A stretch of DNA of 64,000 nt, from positions 2,880,001 through 2,944,000 of the forward strand of contig CP051526.1 of assembly GCA_050916045.1 (NCBI GenBank). Direction: 5' to 3'. Origin of the DNA: Tepidisphaera sp. (lineage in GTDB: Bacteria; Planctomycetota; Phycisphaerae; Phycisphaerales; UBA1924). A program made the translations under genes and the position numbers. A model generated the notes under the pieces. The model did no database searches and was not told the origin of the DNA. It saw nothing but the letters and a program-made list of their open reading frames with translations. Within the stretch, counting starts at the first letter, position 1, and every line of letters starts with the position of its first letter. Positions 51,060 to 61,368 of the stretch are shown piece after piece.

Positions 51060-53978
51060 TCAGCACCCGTTCTCGAACGCCAGGACAAAGTCGTCGTAGT
51101 CGAAGAAATCGACAAACCCATCGCCGTTGAAGTCCGCCGACACGCCAGGCGGGCACGCGCCCGATTCAAAGCACCCGACATAATCGTCGTAGTCAAAAAA
51201 ATCGACGAAACCATCCCCGTTGAAATCAGGCGGGCAGAAAACCGCCGCGATCGTCGTCGCCGTCCGCTCCAAGGACCAACGAGGCGGTAGATCCACGTTC
51301 ACGATCCCGCCCGCCACACTCTCAGCCTCCAGCAACACACGCCGAAACCCGCTCACGGGCTGGAACCCGTTCAACACCCGCAGACGCACCGTCCCGTCCA
51401 TGGTGGCCGCACGCTCAATCACCACCTTGTCCGCCTGGTCCGCGGCCGGCCCTTCGATCTCAAACTCCAGCGTCCCCGAGTTCTGCCCACTCCCCTGCAC
51501 ATAGTTCGCGTTCATCTCAATCGTGCCCGTCCGATCGCCCGCCGGCAGGCCCGGGGCGATCACCCCGATGTTGATCACAACCCCGCCCGCCAGTGCCCCC
51601 GTGCCCTCCACGCGGTCCGGCACGCCGCCGCTCCGATTGACGAAGATCGTTCCGAGCGGTGAAAAGCCGCCATTGAACGCCGCCACAGTCCCGCCGTGCA
51701 GCGTGCACCGCGGCCCCAGATCAAACCCGTCCGAATCACCGATCCCAACCTCCCCGAACACGTCGAGCACGCCATCGCACACAAACCCGTCCGGCTCGAC
51801 CAAGCCGACAAAAGTGATCCCGCCGCTGTGATCGGTGAAGACCAACGTGGAGCCGGGTCTCGCGAGCCACTTCCCTCCACCGCTCGCCACACCGACAAAT
51901 GACGCTGTGGAATCAAACGTCAACTTCGTCCCACTCAGCCGCCCGCCTCCGGGATTCTCCAAGCGATTCAGGAACGTCAGCCCCGCCGGACCCGTCGCGA
52001 TCAGATCGCCCTCGTTGACCAAATCGCCCACGATGGTCCCGGTTCCCTCCAGCTGCTTGTCCGAAGGCACGCGGAACCGGTGCGACGCCGCCAAGACCCC
52101 GCCATTCACCGTCGTATTCCCGAGCACCGCCACCGCTGAATCGTTGAAGGTCACCCGGAACGCCCCCGCGTTGACGGGCGTCCGATCAAAGCCATCCGCC
52201 GACCCATCGCCAAGCGCCAGCCCGCCCGTCGCTGTGATCGCGAGCGCACTCTGCACCTTCGCGTTGATCACACCCCGCGCGTTCATCGCCGTTCCCGAGT
52301 TGAACGAAGCCGCGTTGATCGTCCCGCCGTTCAGCGTAAACCGCGCCGACACACCCCCCACCGCGCTCAGCGTCCCCCCGTTGATCGTGACCGTCGAGGA
52401 GCCCATCCCCAGCAAGCCCCCGCCAATATCCACCACCCCGGCCGCGCCAATCTCAAGCGAACCGTCGCCCCCACCAATCGCGCCGCCGCCCGAAGCCCGC
52501 CCCGCGAGCACCAGATTCCCGCCCGTGCTCAGCGTCCCGTTCAGCACGCGAAGGCGCCCCTCGCCACTCCCGATCGCGCCCGCTTCCAGCACCGACGAAC
52601 ACACAACCGCTCCCCCCTCGTCGATCGTCAGCGTCCCAAGCCCCGACGACCCGATCCGCGCCGTTACGTGCTCAGAACGCGAGCCCGCTCCCGTGACCAC
52701 CATCGTCCCCACCGAGCCACTGTCCACCCCCACCGTCACCGCGTTCGGCGTCGTCCGCACCACGGAGCCCGACTCAACCCGCAACTCCATCGTTCCGGTC
52801 AACCCCACATGGACCCCAGGCCCGTGACTCAGCGTCGCGCCATTCCGCAGCGCGAGAATCGGCGTCCCCACGCCGCTACTGCCCAAAAGCGAGAACCCCG
52901 CACCCCCAGGGACGGTCATCGTGCCCGCGACGACTGAAAGCTCCCCGTCCTGCAGGTCCAGCGTGCCGCCGCTGCCAATGTTGAGCCCGCCGCAGCTCAC
53001 CTGCGAGCGCGCGCCCGTGAGCCGCAGAAGACCCGTCCCGCCATCCGGGTCGTTGCCGAGATTGATCACGCTCCCGATGTTCACGTTCCCGACCGCGTTC
53101 ACGATAAGCGAGCCGTTGCCCGCCGCGACCCCAGCCGAGACATTCCGCCCAAGATTCAGCACGCCAGCCACCGACAATCGCGACGCGAAAAAACCTATGT
53201 CCTCAACCGTGATCGTCGACGTTGAGGCCGAGCCGTTGGCCACGGTCAAACTTCCCGCGAACTCCGCCGACGCCCCGCTGTCGACCAGCAGCGTCGCATC
53301 ACCACCCGCCCCAATCCGCGAATCGCCCGTCCCCCCGACTTCGAGCGCGGAGCGTGTGAAAGGCGCGTTCCCCAGCTGCCCCGACACCACCACCGTCGAC
53401 ACCGACGACGCATTGCTCCCCGCGATCAGCCGATCCGCGACAACGACCAACCCGCCCGCTGTCACATTGAGTGTCCCGCTCCCGTTGTTCCCCACCGTAA
53501 GCGACGCCGCGCTCGTCAGCACAAGATCCGCATCATTGTCGTTCACATTGAGGGTCCCCGACGCCCCCACCGCGTCGCCGATGATCACCGGGCCCGCGCT
53601 ATTCATCCGCCCCGTCGTCAAGGCCGCCGTCGCCACGTCCCCAGCCACGTCACCAACGGTGATCCCGCCCGTGCCCACCGTGTGCGTCCCGCCCATCGTC
53701 AGCGTGATCACCCCCCGCTTGTACGTGTGTGCAAGGCTGCTCGCAACGCCCACCGGGAAGGTCACCGGGTACGTGCTCGCCAGATTCCACACGAGCGGAT
53801 TGGCCGCCCCGGGCAGCTGCGCCGGGTTCCAGTTCCCCGCAGTCCCCGCGCTCCCCCCCGCCACGTTCACCCAGGAAAGAGTCTGCCCTCGGGCCGAATG
53901 AGCCATCAAACCCACCCCCCCCGCCAAAGCCGCCAAAAGCATCGGGAACGGAGCAGGGTTCAAAACGCAGCGATTCAT
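51060..53978 (-). CDS. Large secreted Gly-rich (autotransporter-passenger-like) protein with GC-type dockerin-like domain
   Basis: Signal peptide; VGxxGxGTLxV repeats; two DFNGDGFVDFFDYDD loops; terminal GC; SD AAGGAG. Confidence 0.85.
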   Translation of the reverse strand: MNRCVLNPAPFPMLLAALAGGVGLMAHSARGQTLSWVNVAGGSAGTAGNWNPAQLPGAANPLVWNLASTYPVTFPVGVASSLAHTYKRGVITLTMGGTHTVGTGGITVGDVAGDVATAALTTGRMNSAGPVIIGDAVGASGTLNVNDNDADLVLTSAASLTVGNNGSGTLNVTAGGLVVVADRLIAGSNASSVSTVVVSGQLGNAPFTRSALEVGGTGDSRIGAGGDATLLVDSGASAEFAGSLTVANGSASTSTITVEDIGFFASRLSVAGVLNLGRNVSAGVAAGNGSLIVNAVGNVNIGSVINLGNDPDGGTGLLRLTGARSQVSCGGLNIGSGGTLDLQDGELSVVAGTMTVPGGAGFSLLGSSGVGTPILALRNGATLSHGPGVHVGLTGTMELRVESGSVVRTTPNAVTVGVDSGSVGTMVVTGAGSRSEHVTARIGSSGLGTLTIDEGGAVVCSSVLEAGAIGSGEGRLRVLNGTLSTGGNLVLAGRASGGGAIGGGDGSLEIGAAGVVDIGGGLLGMGSSTVTINGGTLSAVGGVSARFTLNGGTINAASFNSGTAMNARGVINAKVQSALAITATGGLALGDGSADGFDRTPVNAGAFRVTFNDSAVAVLGNTTVNGGVLAASHRFRVPSDKQLEGTGTIVGDLVNEGDLIATGPAGLTFLNRLENPGGGRLSGTKLTFDSTASFVGVASGGGKWLARPGSTLVFTDHSGGITFVGLVEPDGFVCDGVLDVFGEVGIGDSDGFDLGPRCTLHGGTVAAFNGGFSPLGTIFVNRSGGVPDRVEGTGALAGGVVINIGVIAPGLPAGDRTGTIEMNANYVQGSGQNSGTLEFEIEGPAADQADKVVIERAATMDGTVRLRVLNGFQPVSGFRRVLLEAESVAGGIVNVDLPPRWSLERTATTIAAVFCPPDFNGDGFVDFFDYDDYVGCFESGACPPGVSADFNGDGFVDFFDYDDFVLAFENGC

Positions 53979-54202
53979 CAAAAACTCCTTGAATCCAAGA
54001 CACCACGGCGCGAAAAGCCGCCCGACCGACCGCGCGCCGCGAAATCAGCCCAGTCTGATACACTCTGTCGGAAGCCCCGCCCCACTCCAACCGCCCAGCC
54101 CCAGGCAGATGGCGAAACGAGGCCTCCGCATTGCAACGCACCGTCTGGGATCTGCGGGGCTCATCCGAAGGTTTTTTCTTGCCGAAGATGGACCGGTAAA
54201 CG

Positions 54203-54820
54203 ATGAACAAAGAGGTCACCAGACTCCTCGAACGCCTTTCCGACGGGGATTCCCGTGCGGTCGATGTTCTCCTCCCCCTCATCTACGACCAGCTCCGCGC
54301 GCTCGCAGGCTCCTTCCTCCGTCGCGAAAGCCCCGGCCACACCCTCCAGACCACCGCTCTCGTCCACGAGGCCTACCTCAAGCTCGTCAACCAGTCCCAA
54401 GCACGCTTCACCGGCCGTGCCCACTTCTTCGCCATCGCCGCTCAGGCCATGCGACGCATCCTCGTCAACCACGCCCGCGACGCCAACCGCCTCAAACGCG
54501 GCGGCGGCCGAGACCGCATCACCCTCGACGAATCCGGCATCATCGCCCCCACGCCCGACGACCTCGGCCCCGACCTCGTCGCCCTCGACATCGCCCTCAC
54601 CAAACTCGCCACCCTCGACGACCGCAAAGCACGTACCGTCGAGATGCGGTTCTTCGCCGGCATGTCCGTCGACGACACCGCCCAGGCCCTCGGCGTCGCA
54701 CCCGCCACCGTCAAACGCGACTGGGACTTCGCTCGGGCATGGCTCTTCCGCGAACTCTCCGACGGAGCACAGGATGCCCCACACACCGGACCCAAGCCCG
54801 CAGACCAACGGCTCTCCTGA
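54203..54820 (+). CDS. ECF sigma factor, TIGR02999 type (ECF4)
   Basis: EVTRLL, IYDQLRALA, HTLQTTALVHEAYLKL, TVKRDWDFARAWL. Confidence 0.95.
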   Translation: MNKEVTRLLERLSDGDSRAVDVLLPLIYDQLRALAGSFLRRESPGHTLQTTALVHEAYLKLVNQSQARFTGRAHFFAIAAQAMRRILVNHARDANRLKRGGGRDRITLDESGIIAPTPDDLGPDLVALDIALTKLATLDDRKARTVEMRFFAGMSVDDTAQALGVAPATVKRDWDFARAWLFRELSDGAQDAPHTGPKPADQRLS

Positions 54821-57611
54821 CCCCGCCGAGCTCTTCGCCCGCGCCGAAGCCGTCTTCCACGACGTCGTCGCACTCCCCACGCACGCCCGCGTCGCCGCCG
54901 CCGCTTCCGCCTGCGCCAACGACCCCGCCCTCCTCGCCGAAGTCCTCTCCCTCCTCCAAAGCGCCTCCGCCCAGGGCTTCCTCGCTTCACCCATCGCCGA
55001 CATCGGCGGCCTCTGGGAAGCCGCTTCCGAAGCTCACCACGCCGAAAGCCCCGATCCCCTCGTCGGCAAGTCCTTCGGCGACTACGACATCCTCGAACGA
55101 CTCGGCGCCGGCGGCATGGGCGTCGTCTATCGCGCCCTCCAGCGAGACCCCACCCGCGAAGTCGCCCTCAAGCTCATGCGCCCGGGGCTCCTCTCCGCAT
55201 CACTCGTCCGCCGCTTCGAACACGAAGCGGAGATCCTCGGCCGCCTCCAGCACCCCGGGATCGCCCAGATCTACCGCGCCGGCCGCCTCCGCACCGACCA
55301 CGCCACCCAGCCCTTCCTCGTCATGGAGCTCATCCGCGGCACCCCGCTCATCGACTACGCCGACAAAGCACGCCTCTCCCGCGACCAGCGCCTCGACCTC
55401 CTTGCCCGAATCTGCGACGCTGTCCAGCACGCCCATGCCAAGGGCATCATCCACCGCGACCTCAAACCCGCCAACATCCTCGTCACCGACCACGCTCCCG
55501 CCGAGGGCTCCTCCGCTTCCTCTCGGTTCGCATCCCACGGGCAACCCAAGATCCTCGACTTCGGCGTCGCCCGCGTCCTCCAGACCGACGCCCGCGCCAC
55601 CCTCGCTCTCACCGCGCAGACCACCGCCGGCGAGATCGTCGGCACCCTCGCGTACATGAGCCCCGAACAGCTCGCCACCGCCGGCGACAGCTCCGAAGCC
55701 GTCGACACCCGCGCCGACGTCTACGCCCTCGGCGTCGTCATGTACCAACTCCTCTCCGGCAAGCTCCCCATCGACCTCTCCGGCAAGACCATCGCCCAGG
55801 CCGCTCCCCTCATTCTCGACCGCGAGCCGCCGCTCCTCGGAACCATCGACCGCGCCCTCCGCGGCGACATCGAAACCATCGCGGCCAAAGCCCTCGAGAA
55901 GGACCGCTCCCGCCGCTACCAGTCCGCCGCCGCCCTCGCCGAGGACATCCGCCGCGCCCTCGCCGACGCTCCCATCCTCGCCCGCCCCCCGACCGCTTAC
56001 TACCAGCTCAGCAAGTTCGCCCGTCGAAATCGCACGCTCGTCGGCGGAGCGTTGACCGCCGTCGTCCTCCTCATCGCGGGCATCATCGGCACTTCCATCG
56101 GCCTCTTCCGCGCCAATCAAGCGACCGAGCAAGCAACCCTCCGCGAACAGGAAGCCCTCACCGCCGCGGCACAGGCCGAACGCGCCACCTCGTTCCTCAC
56201 CGGCATGCTCGCTTCCGCCAACCCCACCGCTTCCCGCGGCCGACAGATCACCGTCCGCGAACTCGTCGACCAGACCGCCGCCCGCGCCGCTTTCGACCTC
56301 GCCGGGCAACCTCACGTCGAAGCCACCACCCGCATCGCCCTCGCACGCACCTACCTCTCCCTCTTCGCCCTCCCCCAAGCGTCCCAGCAGGCCGAACTCG
56401 CCGCATCGCTCGCCGCCGCCGCCTTCGGCCCCGAATCGCTCCCCTACTCCGACGCCCTCGCCGCCAAAGCCTCCGTCGCCCTCGCCGAACGCCGCCGCGA
56501 CGAATCCCTCGCCCTCACGCGACAAACACTCGACCTGAGACTGCGCTTACTCCCCGAAAGCCACCCGCAAGTCGCCCGCGCCCGCATGATCTACGCCAAA
56601 GCCCTCATCGACAACCTCAAATTCGACGAAGCCGACCGCGAACTCACCACCGCCCGCGCCGATCTCAAAGCCGCCGCCGACCCCGAGGTCGCCTTCTGCG
56701 CCACGCTTCACGCCGAGATGCTCCTGCGCCTCCCGCAACCCAATCCCCGAGTCGCCGACGCCGAGAACATGCTCCGCGAGACCCTCGCCGACCTCCGCAC
56801 CCGAGGCACCGCCGCCGACCCCGACACTGCGACCATCCTCGGCTCCCTCAGCCTCGTCCTCTTGCGCCAGAACCGCGCCGCCGCCGCCGAAACCGCCATC
56901 CGCGAAGCCATCGCCCTCCGCGAACGCATCTTCCCCCCGGGACACCCCGCCACCTTCGCCGCACGCCTCCGCCTTTGCTCGGCCCTCCGAGACCAGAATC
57001 GACTCACCGAAGCCCGGGATCTGGGAATCGCGCTTCTCGCCGACGAGATCAAAGCCCTCGGCGACGAAAGCCCCGAACTCGCCAACACCCTCTCGATCCT
57101 CGCCACCATCCACACCCTCCTCGCCGAACACGACCGCGCCACCCCACTCCTCGAACACAACCTCCGCATCCAGCGCCTCATCAAAGACCCCGTGCTGCTC
57201 ATCGTCGCGTTGCAGAAGCTCTCCGAAAACCTCTCCGCACGCAGCCTCTTTACCCAGGCCGAAACCAACGCCAGGGAAGCCATCGCCGTGCTCAAGCCCG
57301 GCTCCCGCAGCCCCACCGCCGTCTCACTCCGCCACCTCCTCGCCTCAACCCTCACCAACCAAGGCCGCCACGCCGAAGCCCTCGCCACATTCGCCGAAGC
57401 CTACACCCTCGTCCTCGCCGACCCAGCCCAGAAAAATCTCACCGCCAACACGCTCCTCAAATGGAGCCATGCCCTCGTCGCCTCGGGCAACTCCGCCGCC
57501 GCCGCCGAAAAACTCCGCGAGACCATCGCCTACGCCAACGCCAACAACCTCAGCGAACAAGCCGCCAACGCCCAGGCCCTGCTCGACACCCTCCCCGAAT
57601 CTCGCCAATGA
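54774..57611 (+). CDS. Ser/Thr kinase with TM segment and TPR repeats (STK4)
   Basis: GAGGMG, VALK, HRDLKPAN, DFG, GTLAYMSPE; start overlaps the ECF4 end. Confidence 0.92.
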   Translation: MPHTPDPSPQTNGSPDPAELFARAEAVFHDVVALPTHARVAAAASACANDPALLAEVLSLLQSASAQGFLASPIADIGGLWEAASEAHHAESPDPLVGKSFGDYDILERLGAGGMGVVYRALQRDPTREVALKLMRPGLLSASLVRRFEHEAEILGRLQHPGIAQIYRAGRLRTDHATQPFLVMELIRGTPLIDYADKARLSRDQRLDLLARICDAVQHAHAKGIIHRDLKPANILVTDHAPAEGSSASSRFASHGQPKILDFGVARVLQTDARATLALTAQTTAGEIVGTLAYMSPEQLATAGDSSEAVDTRADVYALGVVMYQLLSGKLPIDLSGKTIAQAAPLILDREPPLLGTIDRALRGDIETIAAKALEKDRSRRYQSAAALAEDIRRALADAPILARPPTAYYQLSKFARRNRTLVGGALTAVVLLIAGIIGTSIGLFRANQATEQATLREQEALTAAAQAERATSFLTGMLASANPTASRGRQITVRELVDQTAARAAFDLAGQPHVEATTRIALARTYLSLFALPQASQQAELAASLAAAAFGPESLPYSDALAAKASVALAERRRDESLALTRQTLDLRLRLLPESHPQVARARMIYAKALIDNLKFDEADRELTTARADLKAAADPEVAFCATLHAEMLLRLPQPNPRVADAENMLRETLADLRTRGTAADPDTATILGSLSLVLLRQNRAAAAETAIREAIALRERIFPPGHPATFAARLRLCSALRDQNRLTEARDLGIALLADEIKALGDESPELANTLSILATIHTLLAEHDRATPLLEHNLRIQRLIKDPVLLIVALQKLSENLSARSLFTQAETNAREAIAVLKPGSRSPTAVSLRHLLASTLTNQGRHAEALATFAEAYTLVLADPAQKNLTANTLLKWSHALVASGNSAAAAEKLRETIAYANANNLSEQAANAQALLDTLPESRQ

Positions 57612-57636
57612 AAAAAGCAGCCGCACACGCAGCCGC
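57611..57636 (-). terminator. Rho-independent terminator after metF
   Basis: Minus strand GCGGCTGC-GTGT-GCGGCTGC-TTTTTT (stem with two G-U pairs). Confidence 0.65.
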
Positions 57637-57683
57637 CACTTTCCTTCATTGGATGAATCCCAGGCCCGCCGCTCACGCCACGT

Positions 57684-58595
57684 TCAAAGCAATCCGAGCG
57701 AATCCTGCACGCCAAGCGTCGCGTAGATCTCGCGCGTCGCGCTGCTCTTGTTCAGCGTGTAAAGGTGGATCCCCGCGACCTTGTGATCCAGCAGATCGCG
57801 GCACTGCTCCGTCGCCCAGTGCACACCAACGCGCTTCACGCCCTCGTCGTTCCCGCCCGCGCGGTTGATCGCGCGGATCAGCGGCGCCGGATACCGCGCA
57901 CCCGCCGCCAGGTCCGCCATCCGCTTCATCCCCGCGATCGACGTGATCGGCATCACCCCCGCGATGATCGGAATGCGGATCCCCGCAAGCTCGCACCGAT
58001 CCCGGAAGTCGTAGAAATCATCGTTGTTGAAGAAAAGCTGCGTGACGATGAAGTCCGCGCCCTGATCAACCTTCGCCTTGAGCTTGTCCATCTCCGCCAG
58101 CCGGTTGGGCATGTCCGGGTGCCCCTCGGGGAACCCCGCCACGCCGATCGCAAACCCGCGCCGCGACGGATGCCGCCCCGACTCGTTGAACCGCTTGATG
58201 AACGCGACCAGATCCGCCGCGAACCGGAAGTGCTTGAACGGCTCATCGCCGGTCACGCCCTTGGGCCGGTCGCCGCGGAGCGCGAGGATCTTGTTGATCC
58301 CCGCTTCCGCGTACCGCGTCAGGATCTCATCGATGTCCCGCTCATCGTGACCCACGCACGTCAGGTGCGGCATCGGGTCAAGCCCCGTCGTCTTCCCGAT
58401 CCGCACGACCAGGTCGTTCGTGAGCTGCCGCGTCGACCCGCCCGCTCCGTACGTCACCGAAACGAACGTCGGCTTGAGCTTCTCGAACTCCTTGATGTGC
58501 TCAAAGAGATCGCTCGCCCCCTCCGCGGTCTTGGGCGGAAAGAACTCAAACGAGAACGTCGTTCGTCTGGATTGGAAAAGGTCGCGGATGTCCAT
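57684..58595 (-). CDS. metF: Methylenetetrahydrofolate reductase
   Basis: SFEFFPPKT, SVTYGAGG, HLTC, LALRGD, TQLFF, HLYTLN. Confidence 0.97.
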   Translation of the reverse strand: MDIRDLFQSRRTTFSFEFFPPKTAEGASDLFEHIKEFEKLKPTFVSVTYGAGGSTRQLTNDLVVRIGKTTGLDPMPHLTCVGHDERDIDEILTRYAEAGINKILALRGDRPKGVTGDEPFKHFRFAADLVAFIKRFNESGRHPSRRGFAIGVAGFPEGHPDMPNRLAEMDKLKAKVDQGADFIVTQLFFNNDDFYDFRDRCELAGIRIPIIAGVMPITSIAGMKRMADLAAGARYPAPLIRAINRAGGNDEGVKRVGVHWATEQCRDLLDHKVAGIHLYTLNKSSATREIYATLGVQDSLGLL

Positions 58596-58602
58596 GCTTG
58601 TC

Positions 58603-58625
58603 GTAGCACGGGCTTCCAGCCCGTG
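58603..58625 (+). repeat. GTAG-type REP element
   Basis: GTAG-CACGGGCT-TCC-AGCCCGTG in the ahcY-metF spacer. Confidence 0.7.
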
Positions 58626-58712
58626 GCCTTTCTTCTTGCAAATCCGCCCACCGCCGCAAAGCGGTGGACGGCGTTCTTCAGTTCCTCGCGGACACCAGGC
58701 CCGCGCAGCGAC

Positions 58713-60254
58713 TCAATACCGGTAGTGATCGGGCTTGTACGGGCCGTCGACCGGCACGCCAAGGTAGTCCGCCTGATCCTTCGACAGCCGCGTGAGCTTC
58801 ACGCCCAGCTTCTCCAGGTGCAAACGGGCCACTTCCTCGTCGAGCTTCTTCGGAAGCGTGTACACCTTGCCCGACTCGTACTTGATCCCGCTCAGCGTCG
58901 GCTTGTTGTTCGCCGAAAGCCACAGGTCGATCTGGGCGATCGTCTGGTTCGTGAACGACGACGACATCACGAACGACGGGTGGCCCGTCGCACAGCCCAG
59001 GTTCATCAGGCGGCCTTCCGCCAGGATCAGCACGCTCTTGCCGCTCTTCTTGAACACGAACTCGTCGTACTGCGCCTTGATGTTCACCCGCGCGATCGTC
59101 CCGCCCTTCTCCGCCGCGTACAGCGAAGCGATGTCGATCTCGTTGTCGAAGTGGCCGATGTTCGCCACGATCGCCTTGTCCTTCATCTTCTTCATGTGAT
59201 CAAGCGTGATCACGTTCTTGTTGCCCGAAGCCGTGATGAAGATGTCCGCCGTCTCCAGCACGTCCTCCAGCACCGTCACCTGGTAACCCTCCATCGCCGC
59301 CTGCAGCGCGTTGATCGGGTCCACCTCCGTCACGATCACGCGGCAGCCCTGCCCGCGAAGCGCCTGGCAGCAGCCCTTGCCCACGTCGCCGTACCCGATC
59401 ACCACCGCCGCCTTCGCCGAAAGCATCACGTCCGTCGCACGGTTCAGACCGTCGATCAGCGAGTGCCGGCAGCCGTACAGGTTGTCGAACTTGCTCTTGG
59501 TCGCCGAGTCGTTGACGTTGATCCCCGGGAACGCGAGCTGGCCCTTCTTCGCCATCTCGTACAAGCGGTGCACGCCCGTCGTCGTCTCCTCCGAGACGCC
59601 CTTGATGTTCTTGATGATCCCGCTCCAGTAGTTGGAGGAGGCCTTGAGGCTCGCCCGGAGCGTGTTCAGAATCACGCCCCACTCCTCCGGATCGCTCTTC
59701 GCGTTGAAGTTCGGGACCTTGCCCGCCTTCTCGAACTCGGCGCCCTTGTGCACCAGAAGCGTCGCGTCCCCGCCGTCGTCAAGCAGCAGGTTCGGACCCA
59801 CCACGTTGCCCTTGGCGTCCGTGAACTTGAAGATCTGCTCCGTGCACCACCAATACTCCTCGAGCGTCTCGCCCTTCCACGCGAAAACCGGGATGCCCGC
59901 CGGCTCTTCCGGCGTCCCCTCGGGGCCCACCACCACCGCCGCCGCCGCGTGATCCTGCGTGCTGAAGATGTTGCACGAAGCCCAACGAACATCCGCGCCC
60001 AGCGACGCCAGCGTCTCGATCAGCACCGCCGTCTGGATCGTCATGTGAAGCGACCCGGTGATCCGGGCGCCGGCGAGGGGCTTCTTCCCCTTGTACCGCT
60101 CGCGGAGCGCCATCAGCCCCGGCATCTCGTGCTCGGCCAGACGCATTTCCTTCCGGCCAAGTTCCGCGAGGGAAAGGTCGCGGACCTTGAAGTCGAACGC
60201 GGACTTGGATTTACCGGACTTCGCGGTCGGACGTGCTGCAAACGTGGTCATCAT
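58713..60254 (-). CDS. ahcY: Adenosylhomocysteinase
   Basis: [49 protein letters not shown]. Confidence 0.98.
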   Translation of the reverse strand: MMTTFAARPTAKSGKSKSAFDFKVRDLSLAELGRKEMRLAEHEMPGLMALRERYKGKKPLAGARITGSLHMTIQTAVLIETLASLGADVRWASCNIFSTQDHAAAAVVVGPEGTPEEPAGIPVFAWKGETLEEYWWCTEQIFKFTDAKGNVVGPNLLLDDGGDATLLVHKGAEFEKAGKVPNFNAKSDPEEWGVILNTLRASLKASSNYWSGIIKNIKGVSEETTTGVHRLYEMAKKGQLAFPGINVNDSATKSKFDNLYGCRHSLIDGLNRATDVMLSAKAAVVIGYGDVGKGCCQALRGQGCRVIVTEVDPINALQAAMEGYQVTVLEDVLETADIFITASGNKNVITLDHMKKMKDKAIVANIGHFDNEIDIASLYAAEKGGTIARVNIKAQYDEFVFKKSGKSVLILAEGRLMNLGCATGHPSFVMSSSFTNQTIAQIDLWLSANNKPTLSGIKYESGKVYTLPKKLDEEVARLHLEKLGVKLTRLSKDQADYLGVPVDGPYKPDHYRY

Positions 60255-60323
60255 GTTCTCCTGTATCAACCTGTGCTTCGCTGCTATCGGCCTGTTCTTC
60301 CCTGCTCGGGCAGAAACGACTCT

Positions 60324-61274
60324 TCAGACTCTCCCCCGCGCCACGAACAGCCCGGGGCCACGGGCCTCGGTCTCGCGCGGGAGTTCTCGGTACTCGAACT
60401 CTCTGAACCCCGCAGCCCCCATCGCGGCCCCGAGATTCGCCTTTGAAAACCCAAGATGCTTGTGCCCCATCGTCTGGCGGTAGTCATCCCGGTCGTGCGC
60501 CACCATGTCGATGATCATCAGCCCGCCCCCGTCCGCCGGGCGCAGAATCCGCCGAGCCTCCGCGAGCACCGCCGCCACATCGCTCACGTGGTGAAGCACC
60601 AGCACCATCACCGCCGCATCCACCGAAGCGGACTCGATCGGCATCGACTCCAGCTCCGCGCGCACGAATTCGACGTTCTTGGCACCCTCCAGCCGCTCGC
60701 GGCCCGCCGAAAGCATCGGCTCCGACGAGTCCACCGCCACCACCCGCGCCACCAGCGGCGCCAACAGCTCCGCCGCATCCCCAGTCCCGCACCCCAGATC
60801 CGCCACCGTCCACCGCCGAGGCATGAACCCCATCAGCGCCGCCGGCGTGAACCGCTCGCCGAAAAGCTGCCCGCGAAGCGAGTCCCATTCCCCCGCCACC
60901 CGGCCAAAGAACGCCTCGCTGTCCATCCGGCGCTCCGCAAGCACCGCCGCCAGCCGCTCCTGGTCTTCCGCAAGCTCCACCTGCGTCCCGGCCTGCTCGC
61001 GAACCACAAGCCACATCGCCCGGAGCGTCGCTCCAAGATCGTCCAGAATCATCCGGTAATACGTCGCCGGCCCCTCGTTCCGCCGGGCCAGCCAGTTCGC
61101 GTCAGACAGCGCTTTCAGGTGCCGACTCACCGTCGACTGGGCCATCTGAAGCACCCGCGAAACCTCCCCCACCGACAGCTCCGAAGCCTCCAAAAGCCGC
61201 AGCATCCGCAGACGAACCGGGTCGCCCAGGGTGGCGAGCTGGTCCGCGATCGAGATGGCCGGGCGGGTCTTCAT
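60324..61274 (-). CDS. sahR: ArsR-HTH + SAM-methyltransferase-fold regulator (SahR-type)
   Basis: QSTVSRHLK HTH plus ADLGCGTG; first gene of the ahcY-metF operon. Confidence 0.88.
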   Translation of the reverse strand: MKTRPAISIADQLATLGDPVRLRMLRLLEASELSVGEVSRVLQMAQSTVSRHLKALSDANWLARRNEGPATYYRMILDDLGATLRAMWLVVREQAGTQVELAEDQERLAAVLAERRMDSEAFFGRVAGEWDSLRGQLFGERFTPAALMGFMPRRWTVADLGCGTGDAAELLAPLVARVVAVDSSEPMLSAGRERLEGAKNVEFVRAELESMPIESASVDAAVMVLVLHHVSDVAAVLAEARRILRPADGGGLMIIDMVAHDRDDYRQTMGHKHLGFSKANLGAAMGAAGFREFEYRELPRETEARGPGLFVARGRV

Positions 61275-61291
61275 CCGTATATCCGGATGAA
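61270..61291. promoter_or_regulatory. Candidate SahR operator
   Basis: Inverted repeat with perfect 8-bp arms, TTCATCCG-TATATC-CGGATGAA, covering the predicted TSS and start codon. Confidence 0.75.
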
Positions 61292-61319
61292 TGGTAGAAC
61301 GCCCAAACCGCCCCGGCAA
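61291..61319 (-). promoter_or_regulatory. Sigma70 promoter of sahR-ahcY-metF
   Basis: TTGCCG-N17-TACCAT on the minus strand. Confidence 0.6.
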
Positions 61320-61368
61320 GTCAACGCGGAACAAGGGTTTCGGGACCTGTTGCCGCTACCGTCCCCCG

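Noticed and set aside
58596..58712. SAM/SAH riboswitch upstream of metF
   Set aside because: Spacer is explained by a REP and a short hairpin; no riboswitch consensus recognised; a protein regulator is present
57765..60446. 893-aa plus-strand ORF
   Set aside because: Antisense shadow of metF and ahcY
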